Positions 18,832 through 26,914 of a stretch of DNA of 64,000 nt are shown piece by piece. Position 1 is the first letter of the stretch, and every line of letters begins with the position of its first letter. The notes under the pieces were generated by a model. It was not told where the DNA came from. It saw nothing but the letters and a program-made list of their open reading frames with translations, and made no database searches. Made by a program: the position numbers and the translations under genes. Source of the DNA: Candidatus Parcubacteria bacterium (GTDB lineage: Bacteria; Patescibacteriota; Minisyncoccia; Sungbacterales; SURF-37); assembly GCA_003599755.1 (NCBI GenBank), contig QZJO01000009.1, positions 86,140 to 150,139 of the forward strand. Direction: 5' to 3'.

Positions 18832-19872
18832 TTAGACCAGCTGGTACCCCTCGGTTGACCGGCGAAAGAGATCCTTGTTTTGCAGATTCAAAAACACGGT
18901 ATTCGGCTTCACGAAGCGCTGCGCCAGCACCCGCTTGGCGATCTCTTCTTTGGGCAGCGGCCGCTTCGCATTGCGCAAAATTTCGGCAATGATATCGCTG
19001 ACCGTGCCCGGCTGGTAGCCCCATTCGGACAACGCATACAGCCCCCGCCCCACGAGCACGAATCGGGAATCCTTGATCAGTTCATTGTGCACGGTCTGCG
19101 GATGCGCCCGGTGGTTGGACCAGCCCGACTTCGAAATGGCGCCCGCCACTTCCCGGAAATGCATGGGCTTTTGGGCCCGCGCGAGTACCGCGTAGGCCTT
19201 GTCCTTCACGCCGCGCGGTCGGATCGTCGGCCACGAGACCAAGCCGAACTCGCCATACGGATTCTGCTTGATGAGTTTCGAGATACTCAAATACGATTCG
19301 AGCGTATCGGGATTCGGCACGGAGCCAAGCACGTCGCGCGCGTGCGTCTTCAAAATCTGGAACATATCGGCCGCGGGAATGGGCTTTTTCTTTTCGGCCA
19401 ATTCTTCGGCCGCGCGGGCCATGATCGACTGCGCGGCTTTCAGCGATTCTTCTTTCGTATACCAGCGGTCGTGCCACGTATCTTCCTCGCGCTTAGCCGA
19501 AAACGGTTGGCCGACGGTCAACAGGAAATACACGTGATTGTGGAATTTCGGTTCAATGACCGAATGGAGCAGCTTTGATTCCTCGCACACGTGTCCGTGA
19601 TGGGCAAAATGATTTTCGAGTGCGGCAAACGTCGGCGCGAATGCGGCGACGGCCTCGGATTTGGCAAGCTGGCGCAATCCCTCGGCTTCGATCTGGCGCA
19701 CCCGTTCCCGAGTGACCTTGAACGAGCGACCAATGGATTCGAGCGTCTCGGGTTCCTTACCGCGGAGCCCAAACCGGCGCTCTAACACCTCGCGCACCCG
19801 CGCCGAAGGAAGCGACTTGAGGGCAGTCGCGATCACTTCGCGGGGATGGACGGGAAGAGTAAGTTTTTGCAT
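18832..19872 (-). CDS. Sigma-70 region-4-like HTH protein with a C-terminal HARE-HTH (RNAP-delta-like) domain.
   Basis: N-terminal [28 protein letters not shown] matches sigma-70 r4. C-terminal [24 protein letters not shown]...[18 protein letters not shown] matches the HARE-HTH pattern. Confidence 0.6.
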   Translation of the reverse strand: MQKLTLPVHPREVIATALKSLPSARVREVLERRFGLRGKEPETLESIGRSFKVTRERVRQIEAEGLRQLAKSEAVAAFAPTFAALENHFAHHGHVCEESKLLHSVIEPKFHNHVYFLLTVGQPFSAKREEDTWHDRWYTKEESLKAAQSIMARAAEELAEKKKPIPAADMFQILKTHARDVLGSVPNPDTLESYLSISKLIKQNPYGEFGLVSWPTIRPRGVKDKAYAVLARAQKPMHFREVAGAISKSGWSNHRAHPQTVHNELIKDSRFVLVGRGLYALSEWGYQPGTVSDIIAEILRNAKRPLPKEEIAKRVLAQRFVKPNTVFLNLQNKDLFRRSTEGYQLV

Positions 19873-19881
19873 GGCTCGGAT

Positions 19882-20793
19882 CTACGCGGCTCGCATGCGT
19901 CCGGCACGGCGTTCGTCCCAGCGGCGCCAGGTAACCAGAAGCGGGCTTGCAATACAGATAGAAGAATACGTTCCGGCAATAATGCCGATAATCAAGGTAA
20001 TACTGAACATTTTGGTGCTCTGGCCGCCAAAGAGCCACACGGCCCCTAACGCCAGAACCACAGTCAGCGAGGTATTGATCGATCGGACGAGCGTCTCGCG
20101 CACGCTTCTGGCCACCAGAAGCGAAAACTCGTCCCCCGGGCGGCGGGAAAGATTCTCGCGGACCCGGTCAAACACTACAATCGTATCATGGACCGAAAAG
20201 CCCAAAATTGTCAAGATAGCGGTCACAGCAAGCATATCGACCTCGTATCCCCAAAACATTCCGGCTAGCGCGAAGAATCCGACGGGTATGGCGACATCGT
20301 GCAAGAGGGCGATGACGGTTACGATGCCGTATTTCCAAGACGCAACAGGCAATGAAACCTTTCGGAAGGCAAATGCGATGTAGGAAACGATCAGGAGGAT
20401 CACAAGGCCGATCGCGACCAGCGATCGGCGGGCCATTTCGCGGCCGATCGTCGGGCCGATGGTATCGTAGCGGCGTTCGGCGAACTCCCCGCCCGTATGG
20501 CGTACCGCGGCGCCCAGGGCCTGATGCTCTTCTTCGGTGACATGGCGAAACCGCAGGATCATTCCCTGCTCACCCGTCGGTTGGATGCTTACGCTGCCCA
20601 GATCCAACGGCGCGATAGCCGCTCGCATGGCCTCTACCTCCGGCCGCGCGTTCATGAATTCTATTTCCCAAAGCGTGCCGCCGGTAAAATCAATGCCGAG
20701 GCGCAATCCGGCAAATACCAATAGCACCACGCTTGCCGCGATCACGAGCGCCGAAAGGCCATACCAGAGCGAACGAAGTTTGATGACGGACAT
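19882..20793 (-). CDS. secF: Protein-export membrane protein SecF.
   Basis: 303 aa with the SecF pattern (GIDFTGGT...VHDTIVVFDRVREN). Confidence 0.9.
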   Translation of the reverse strand: MSVIKLRSLWYGLSALVIAASVVLLVFAGLRLGIDFTGGTLWEIEFMNARPEVEAMRAAIAPLDLGSVSIQPTGEQGMILRFRHVTEEEHQALGAAVRHTGGEFAERRYDTIGPTIGREMARRSLVAIGLVILLIVSYIAFAFRKVSLPVASWKYGIVTVIALLHDVAIPVGFFALAGMFWGYEVDMLAVTAILTILGFSVHDTIVVFDRVRENLSRRPGDEFSLLVARSVRETLVRSINTSLTVVLALGAVWLFGGQSTKMFSITLIIGIIAGTYSSICIASPLLVTWRRWDERRAGRMRAA

Positions 20794-20799
20794 AACCGA

Positions 20800-22161
20800 T
20801 CAAGAAGCGATACCGCGCGCGAATCCCGACGTGAACAGCCACCGCGCCCGTCCCAGGCGGGGCGCGAGCGCCGCGAATAGGAACGTCCGCGATACGGTGA
20901 TGGCCGACAGCATGGAAATGAGCACCCCGATGCCGAGCGTCAGCGCGAATCCACGCACCGCGCTCTGGCCGAGCCAGTACAAGATGAGCGCCGTGATCAA
21001 GCTCGACACGTTCGAATCGCGGATCGAAGTCCAGGCGCGAGCGAATCCTTCCCGGATCGCCGCCGGCAAATCGCGGCCGCGCTCCAGCTCTTCACGCATG
21101 CGTTCGAATATCAGAATATTCGCGTCCACCGCCATGCCGATCGAAAGAATGAAGCCGGCGATGCCCGCGGCGGTGAGCGTTACCGGAATCGCCTTGAACA
21201 ACAAGAGCATAATCGCGGCATAGATGACCAACGCGAGGACCGCGATGAGGCCGGGCAGCCGGTACCAGAAAAGCATGAAAACCGCGACCGCAAGAAACCC
21301 GACCACGACCGCGGCCAAGCTCTTCTGGAGCGAATCTTTGCCGAGCGACGCTTCCACCGTCTGCTGGTTGACGAGCGTGATCGGAACGGGCAGCGCGCCG
21401 GCGTTCAGCCGCCGTACCAGTTCCCGCGCTTCGGCGACCGTAAATTGACCCGTGATCTGCGCGCGGCCGCCGGTGATCGTCTCGCTCACCACCGGGGTCG
21501 AAAGCGGCGCGCCGTCCAAATAAATCCCGATAGGCCGGCCGACGTTGCGTGCGGTGATGACCTCGAACAATGCCGCGCCTTCATCGGTAAACTGCACGCT
21601 GATGAGCGGAGCGTTGGTCGTAGGATCGAACTGCAAATCCGCGCGCTCAAGATACCGGCCAGTCAGTTCCGTGGGCTGGAAAAACGGATCTTCAATCACT
21701 TCTTCGCCGTTTTGCGCGCGTTCGAGCAGCGCCTGGGTTTCGGCTTCGGGCCGCGGCTCTTTGAATTCAAGAAACGGCGTCTCGCCGATCTGACGGATCG
21801 CCTCGTTGATGTCGCGCACGCCGGCGAGTTCCACCGCCAGCCGGTATTCGTCGCCCGAGCGCTCTACTTGCACGACGGGTTCCGTGACGCCGAAAAGGTT
21901 TACCCGCCGTTCGATCACGTCGCGCAGGCCATCCATGGCCTCGGCCGGCGAGGCGCCGGCAAACGACGAAAAATCGGCGCGATAGAGCAGATGCGTCCCG
22001 CCTTGGAGATCAAGACCAAGACGGTACGGCCGCGTGACCGCGCCGATGCCGGGAATCGCGGCAAGCTGCGGCACGAAATCAGCGACCGCAACGGCGCCGG
22101 CGATCATGCCGACGACCAAAATCAGGATTGCCGCGATGCGCAGGCGAAACGTTCCGTTCAT
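20800..22161 (-). CDS. secD: Protein-export membrane protein SecD.
   Basis: 453 aa (LGLDLQGGTHLLY...MAVDANILIFERMREE). Adjacent to secF. Confidence 0.9.
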   Translation of the reverse strand: MNGTFRLRIAAILILVVGMIAGAVAVADFVPQLAAIPGIGAVTRPYRLGLDLQGGTHLLYRADFSSFAGASPAEAMDGLRDVIERRVNLFGVTEPVVQVERSGDEYRLAVELAGVRDINEAIRQIGETPFLEFKEPRPEAETQALLERAQNGEEVIEDPFFQPTELTGRYLERADLQFDPTTNAPLISVQFTDEGAALFEVITARNVGRPIGIYLDGAPLSTPVVSETITGGRAQITGQFTVAEARELVRRLNAGALPVPITLVNQQTVEASLGKDSLQKSLAAVVVGFLAVAVFMLFWYRLPGLIAVLALVIYAAIMLLLFKAIPVTLTAAGIAGFILSIGMAVDANILIFERMREELERGRDLPAAIREGFARAWTSIRDSNVSSLITALILYWLGQSAVRGFALTLGIGVLISMLSAITVSRTFLFAALAPRLGRARWLFTSGFARGIAS

Positions 22162-22230
22162 GCGAACGAAGAGTCAATGGATTTCTACTCTACGGAAAAC
22201 GGCCCGATAAGGCAAATCAGCCGAACCGAT

Positions 22231-23028
22231 TCAGAGCTTGGCCGGGATAAAATTGCCTACGCGTTCCCGCCAGATGCAAAACACGCATTCCGGGCTCGGG
22301 TCGGGAATCGGCTGTTCGAGGACGGTGATCCCCCGCTTGATGCGCGGCAGGACTGAGAGTGGATCGGTCTTCAATGTTTTGACCACCACGGCCATTTGCA
22401 CGCCATTGTGCAGATCCTCCGTGGAATCCGGATAGTAATAGATCAGGTGGCCGATGCCCGAAGTCGGCTTGCCGTTGGATTCGAGCAAAAACGCATACGC
22501 ATCGAGCTGCTCTTGATAGGAAGCGTACATTGCCCGCTCGATGCGCGGATCGGAACTCGAGGTCTTGTGGTCTACGGGCGTATACGTGCCGTCGGCGCGA
22601 ACCAGGCATTCGTCGAGTTTTCCCTTAAATCCGTATTGATCGTCCACGCGATAGAAATACTCCTCTTGGAACGGCGATTCGAGCCGGCCCTCGACGTGGC
22701 CGGCCACGATCGGCGGCAACTCGTCTGTGCCGCGAAAGCGGTCGAAATAATGCTTTACCAGTACGTCAAAGCGGTTCGCAAGCCGCGAGACAATGCCTTC
22801 GGGCTGGTAAATCCCTTGCCGATACTGCAGCCAAAAACAGCGCGGGCAGCGGTCCAGGCCGCCGAGACCCGTATGCGAGAGCCAGATCTTTCGGCCGTTG
22901 CGTCCGTTAGCCGCAGGCTTGGCGGCCGGCACGGATTTCGCGTTTTCGTTCAGCGGCATACTCATTTGCATATTCCGTTGGAGATCGCCTTTACCGGCAT
23001 ATCGCACAGCGCACCATGGGCTCTGCAA
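22231..23028 (-). CDS. Stand-alone Cas4/RecB-like PD-(D/E)xK nuclease with a 4-Cys Fe-S cluster.
   Basis: N-terminal CPRC and C-terminal ECVFC cysteines; VDHKTS (D..K) and QEQLDAYAFLL (QxxxY) motifs typical of the Cas4/AddB nuclease domain. No CRISPR array or other cas genes in the window. Confidence 0.65.
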   Translation of the reverse strand: MQSPWCAVRYAGKGDLQRNMQMSMPLNENAKSVPAAKPAANGRNGRKIWLSHTGLGGLDRCPRCFWLQYRQGIYQPEGIVSRLANRFDVLVKHYFDRFRGTDELPPIVAGHVEGRLESPFQEEYFYRVDDQYGFKGKLDECLVRADGTYTPVDHKTSSSDPRIERAMYASYQEQLDAYAFLLESNGKPTSGIGHLIYYYPDSTEDLHNGVQMAVVVKTLKTDPLSVLPRIKRGITVLEQPIPDPSPECVFCIWRERVGNFIPAKL

Positions 23029-23160
23029 ACCATCAGCCCGCTTCCGCCATCATTGGCGATTTCTAACGGGGCACACCATCTCAGTATAGTGATCGATCGG
23101 AAAAAAGAAACCCGTCACGCGCTTGCTGGCGCGCGACGGGTCCTCGAGGTTATGGAGGCG

Positions 23161-23541
23161 TCAATCGTCGCAGCCGGGCCGGTCGCGCGGCGGCACGAAA
23201 CTCGCCAACATGCGCCGACTTTCCGCGGTCACACGCTCGAGCTCGGCATGCGCCGCAGTGTCAGGAATAATCTCGGGATTCCCAACGAGCTGCCACCGAC
23301 GCTGGCGCCCCGAAAGGAGCACCTCGATTTGATGGAGCAAGCGCGTCCGGACGATGGCATCCCCTTCCGCATAGTGGCAGGTACATGCAGGCAGGTCTTC
23401 CAGATTGAACTCGATGATGAAGACCCGCGCCGGCATCGCCACCATACGAATCGGGAATGCGCCGCGCATTGCGCGATCGATGTTGTGAGCTGCCGGTGCG
23501 TCGGGGTGCCCTCGATACACCAACGTGAACTTCGCGTACAT
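23161..23541 (-). CDS. Hypothetical protein (126 aa).
   Basis: ORF track only; no recognised motif. Sits between dinB and the Cas4-like gene on the same strand. Confidence 0.35.
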   Translation of the reverse strand: MYAKFTLVYRGHPDAPAAHNIDRAMRGAFPIRMVAMPARVFIIEFNLEDLPACTCHYAEGDAIVRTRLLHQIEVLLSGRQRRWQLVGNPEIIPDTAAHAELERVTAESRRMLASFVPPRDRPGCDD

Positions 23542-23579
23542 GCGCCCCTCCTGGCGATCGGAATCAAGTGTGCTGCCGA

Positions 23580-24683
23580 TTAGTATACTCTGTCCGCCCG
23601 TGATTGGGCACGCGCAAGTTTTTCAACACGCACGCCGATGAGCCGAATCGCTTTCCTTCGAGGGTTTTCCCGCGCATCCAAAAACGGCAACAACATCCGG
23701 AGCGATTCGGCGTACAGATCGTCGGCCGATGTCAGCGGCGTTCGGCTCGTATGCGACCGGGTAGCGGTTGCGAAATCCGCGAATCGGACGGTAATCACCA
23801 CAGTGCGAAACGTGGCGAACCCTTCGTTGTGGAGTCGCCGCACAACCGCCGCGCCCAGATCCCGCATGCGCTCGAGTATGAACGACGCGGCAAGCGTGTC
23901 GCGCTCGAACGTTTCTTGCTCCCCTACGGATTTGGGCTCCCCGTCGTTCGAAACAGGATCTTCGGACTGGCCGCGGGCATGGCGCCAAAGGCCGTCGCCC
24001 CATTTCCCGAATGCCTCGACAAGTACGGTCCGCGAAATATTGTGCAGATCGCCGATCGTACGGACGCCGCGCTTGGCAAGCTCTGTCTCGGTCTTCGGGC
24101 CGATGCCGGGCAGCGCACGGATCGCGAGCGGTGCAAGAAATTCGAGAACGCCGTCCGGCTCCACCACGGTGAGGCCGTCGGGTTTTTTGAAGTCCGACGC
24201 GATTTTTGCGACAAGCTTGTTTGGTCCGACGCCGATCGATGCGGTCAACCGCTCATTCTCGCGGATCGCGCGCTTGATCCGTTCAGCGAGCACGCGCGCC
24301 TTCGCGAATGAACCGGCTGACGAAACATCCACATACGCCTCGTCGATGCTCGCTTGTTCGAACCGATCCCCGAGCGGCGCGATGATGGCCATAATGCGCT
24401 CCGACGCGTCCTCGTATGCGTGAAAATTGGGCGTAACGAAAATCGTCGCTAATTCGCCCCGGCGCCGTGCGTCCTCGGCAAGCCGCCAGGCCCGGGAAAT
24501 CGGCATGGCTGAACGAATGCCATAACGCCGCGCCGCGTAGTTCGCAGTCGAGACCACGCCGCGCCCGCTGCCGCCCTGCGGATCAGCGCCGACCACAACG
24601 GGCTTATGGGAAAACTGCGGATTCTCCCGCTCCTCCACGGCGGCGAAAAACGCATCCATGTCTATATGTAAAATAATGCGCAT
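23580..24683 (-). CDS. dinB: DNA polymerase IV (Y-family).
   Basis: ILHIDMDAFFAAVEERENP...ASIDEAYVDVS: canonical DinB N-terminus with catalytic D..D/E. Confidence 0.9.
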   Translation of the reverse strand: MRIILHIDMDAFFAAVEERENPQFSHKPVVVGADPQGGSGRGVVSTANYAARRYGIRSAMPISRAWRLAEDARRRGELATIFVTPNFHAYEDASERIMAIIAPLGDRFEQASIDEAYVDVSSAGSFAKARVLAERIKRAIRENERLTASIGVGPNKLVAKIASDFKKPDGLTVVEPDGVLEFLAPLAIRALPGIGPKTETELAKRGVRTIGDLHNISRTVLVEAFGKWGDGLWRHARGQSEDPVSNDGEPKSVGEQETFERDTLAASFILERMRDLGAAVVRRLHNEGFATFRTVVITVRFADFATATRSHTSRTPLTSADDLYAESLRMLLPFLDARENPRRKAIRLIGVRVEKLARAQSRADRVY

Positions 24684-24758
24684 GGCACACGCAGTATAGC
24701 CAAAAATGGATCGAGCTGCCCGCGGCTTGCGGGCAGCTCGATATAAGCTCGGGCGGCA

Positions 24759-25031
24759 TCAGCGCGACGGGCCAGCGGCCCAGCTCATCTCGATGACGAG
24801 GTTGTCGCGCGGAATGAACTTGTCCAAGGGCAGCGGCTGCGGCGCCCGGAGAAGAACCCGGTGCCGCGCATCCTCGAACGGCAGCGACGCGCACCACAAG
24901 GGATCCTGGCGTACCGCGATCAGCCCTTGGTTCAGCAACCGAATCAGGCAATCGCGCGGTCGCACGCCCCAGTGATACGCCATTGTGTCCCGGATCTCCC
25001 TGCCGTCCACGCGCGCGACGATGGTAAGCAT
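24759..25031 (-). CDS. Small hypothetical protein (90 aa) immediately upstream of dinB.
   Basis: ORF track. Overlapping alternative ORFs exist in the same region. No motif. Confidence 0.25.
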   Translation of the reverse strand: MLTIVARVDGREIRDTMAYHWGVRPRDCLIRLLNQGLIAVRQDPLWCASLPFEDARHRVLLRAPQPLPLDKFIPRDNLVIEMSWAAGPSR

Positions 25032-25079
25032 GCGCCCTCCTTTCCGCTATCGCGTGTCTAGCACAACTAAAATCACGGA

Positions 25080-26630
25080 TCAATCCGCCGGCTGCTCCTC
25101 GATGATGTTCTCTCCATTACCGATCGACTGGTAGATCGCCGCGCCCGTCCTCACTGGTGCGGCCGCTGGTTCATCGCCGGCGAACACGGTTCCGTAGACG
25201 TAATTCTCTTCCAAGTAGTCGATCACATGCTCGACATCGCGCGTCCGATCCTGCGAACCGAGTACGATGATCGCTACCGATCGCGTTCCGCCTTCGGAAA
25301 GACGCACGCGAAATACGCCGGCCAGGGTCTGGCCCGCGGCCGATGATTGGCCAGCTTTGCCGCCGAGGAATCGTTCGTCGTCGCGCCAATTCCCGTTGAT
25401 CCAGGTGTAACGCTCGCCGTTGACCGAAGTAATCGATTTTTCGCGGAGCGCCGCGATATCGAAAATAGGTTTTTTATGCTGGCTCAAAAACCGGAGTAGT
25501 TTGAAGATATCCTCGGCCGTAGAAACGTTTTGGGCGCCAATGCCGCTGGCATCCGCGAACGTCGTACGATGCATGCCGATGGCAGCGGCCTTTTGGTTCA
25601 TGGTATCTACGAACCGCCAGCCGTGGCGCGGATACAGCTCCGCAACGTCATTGGAGGACTCGAGCAGCAATGGATACAAAAGATCCTGCGAGCGGAATAT
25701 CTCACCCGCTTCGATGCCCTGGACGTGGCCCGGATAATCCAAAGCATTGGCTGGAATGCGGATCTCCTTGAAGCGATTGATGGACTCTATCGCCACGAGC
25801 GCAGTCATGAGCTTGGTAACGCTTGCGATCGGCCGCACGGCCTCGCGCTCGCGCTCAAACAGCACTCTGCCGGTCTCGAAATCCACGGCCAGGACGGATG
25901 GCGCGCTGATCGCGGGCGCAGGAGCCGGCCGGCCGTCGGTTCCGACGCGCCGGAAATATGCCCCTGCATCAGCCGGCGTCGCGTGGCCGGCATAGACCAG
26001 GACCGGCATGCCGTTTTTCGTTTCGCGGAAAAGTTCTTCCGAATCGGCCGTAGAAAGGCGAATGCAGCCGCCCGAATACGTATCCGCGACCGGCGCGCCG
26101 CTCGGGTAATACGGCCAGCCGTGGATGAAATAATTGCCGTAAAAATGCATGCTCCAGGGCATCCATACCTCACCAATGGAAGAAAAATGGTTCTCTTCCC
26201 GGGAGCGGATCTTATAGACACCGTTGGGCGTCTCGAAAAAACTGCCTTCTTCGCCGCGCGCCTTGATGGGAAATGCTTTTGCCGGAGCGCCTTCCCGCCA
26301 TACGACAATCTCCATCGCGGCAAGATCGGCGAATACAAAATCTTCACCCGCGGCAGCGAGTTTTTCCCGCTCGACAAGTACCGCTTCGCCGTTGGCAAAA
26401 ATCACCGCCCCGTCTTCGAGCGTCTGGTACTGCGGCTCGTTTGTTGTCGCCGGCGGTTCTCCGAAATCCGGCCGCGCGTCCACGACCGACCACTGGCCGA
26501 GGCGCCATGCGCCGAACCAAAGCCCGCTGAGCGCGGCAAACGCCAAGATGGTCACGATGACCCGCGGATGATACGCCGTTGGCATGGAAGTAGTCGATTG
26601 TACGCTACCGAGTTCTGAGTGCTTCATCAA
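25080..26630 (-). CDS. Fusion protein: N-terminal L,D-transpeptidase (YkuD) domain plus C-terminal serine-type D-Ala-D-Ala carboxypeptidase (PBP5/S11-like) domain, N-terminally membrane-anchored.
   Basis: L,D-TPase catalytic motif HGWPYYPSGAPVADTYSGGCIRL. D,D-CPase motifs SVTKLMTA (SxxK), LESSNDVA (SxN), GGKAG (KTG-like). N-terminal TM segment. Confidence 0.7.
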   Translation of the reverse strand: MMKHSELGSVQSTTSMPTAYHPRVIVTILAFAALSGLWFGAWRLGQWSVVDARPDFGEPPATTNEPQYQTLEDGAVIFANGEAVLVEREKLAAAGEDFVFADLAAMEIVVWREGAPAKAFPIKARGEEGSFFETPNGVYKIRSREENHFSSIGEVWMPWSMHFYGNYFIHGWPYYPSGAPVADTYSGGCIRLSTADSEELFRETKNGMPVLVYAGHATPADAGAYFRRVGTDGRPAPAPAISAPSVLAVDFETGRVLFEREREAVRPIASVTKLMTALVAIESINRFKEIRIPANALDYPGHVQGIEAGEIFRSQDLLYPLLLESSNDVAELYPRHGWRFVDTMNQKAAAIGMHRTTFADASGIGAQNVSTAEDIFKLLRFLSQHKKPIFDIAALREKSITSVNGERYTWINGNWRDDERFLGGKAGQSSAAGQTLAGVFRVRLSEGGTRSVAIIVLGSQDRTRDVEHVIDYLEENYVYGTVFAGDEPAAAPVRTGAAIYQSIGNGENIIEEQPAD

Positions 26631-26646
26631 CTGAGGATAACGAGAA

Positions 26647-26874
26647 TTATCCGGGCAATTCCCGCATCAACCATTGGACGCGCCCGACCTCGCCAGTTTT
26701 CAGGCGTACTTTGATACCGCGCGGATGAAATTCGCGCGGGGTGAGAATATCCTGCACGAACCCTTGCGTATAGTTGTTCGTGCCGTAGTGCTCCTTTTCT
26801 ATGATCCAGACCGCATCGCCCGGCCTGATTTTCGAGCGCGGCGGCGGATTCGGATTGTCATTGCCCGGCTCCAT
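26647..26874 (-). CDS. YwbE-family small protein (DUF2196).
   Basis: IRPGDAVWIIEKEHYGTNNYTQGFVQDILTPREFHPRGIKVRLKTGEVGRVQ matches the YwbE consensus (...G.V.DILT....HP.GIKVRL..G.VGRV). Confidence 0.65.
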   Translation of the reverse strand: MEPGNDNPNPPPRSKIRPGDAVWIIEKEHYGTNNYTQGFVQDILTPREFHPRGIKVRLKTGEVGRVQWLMRELPG

Positions 26875-26914
26875 GACATTTCTTAGGGCGCAATCCTAAC
26901 AGGAAATCACTGTC

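Noticed and set aside
22396-23583. 395-aa plus-strand ORF spanning the Cas4-like and hypothetical genes.
   Set aside because: Antisense to a gene with clear nuclease motifs. Arg-rich low-complexity translation typical of GC-rich antisense frames.
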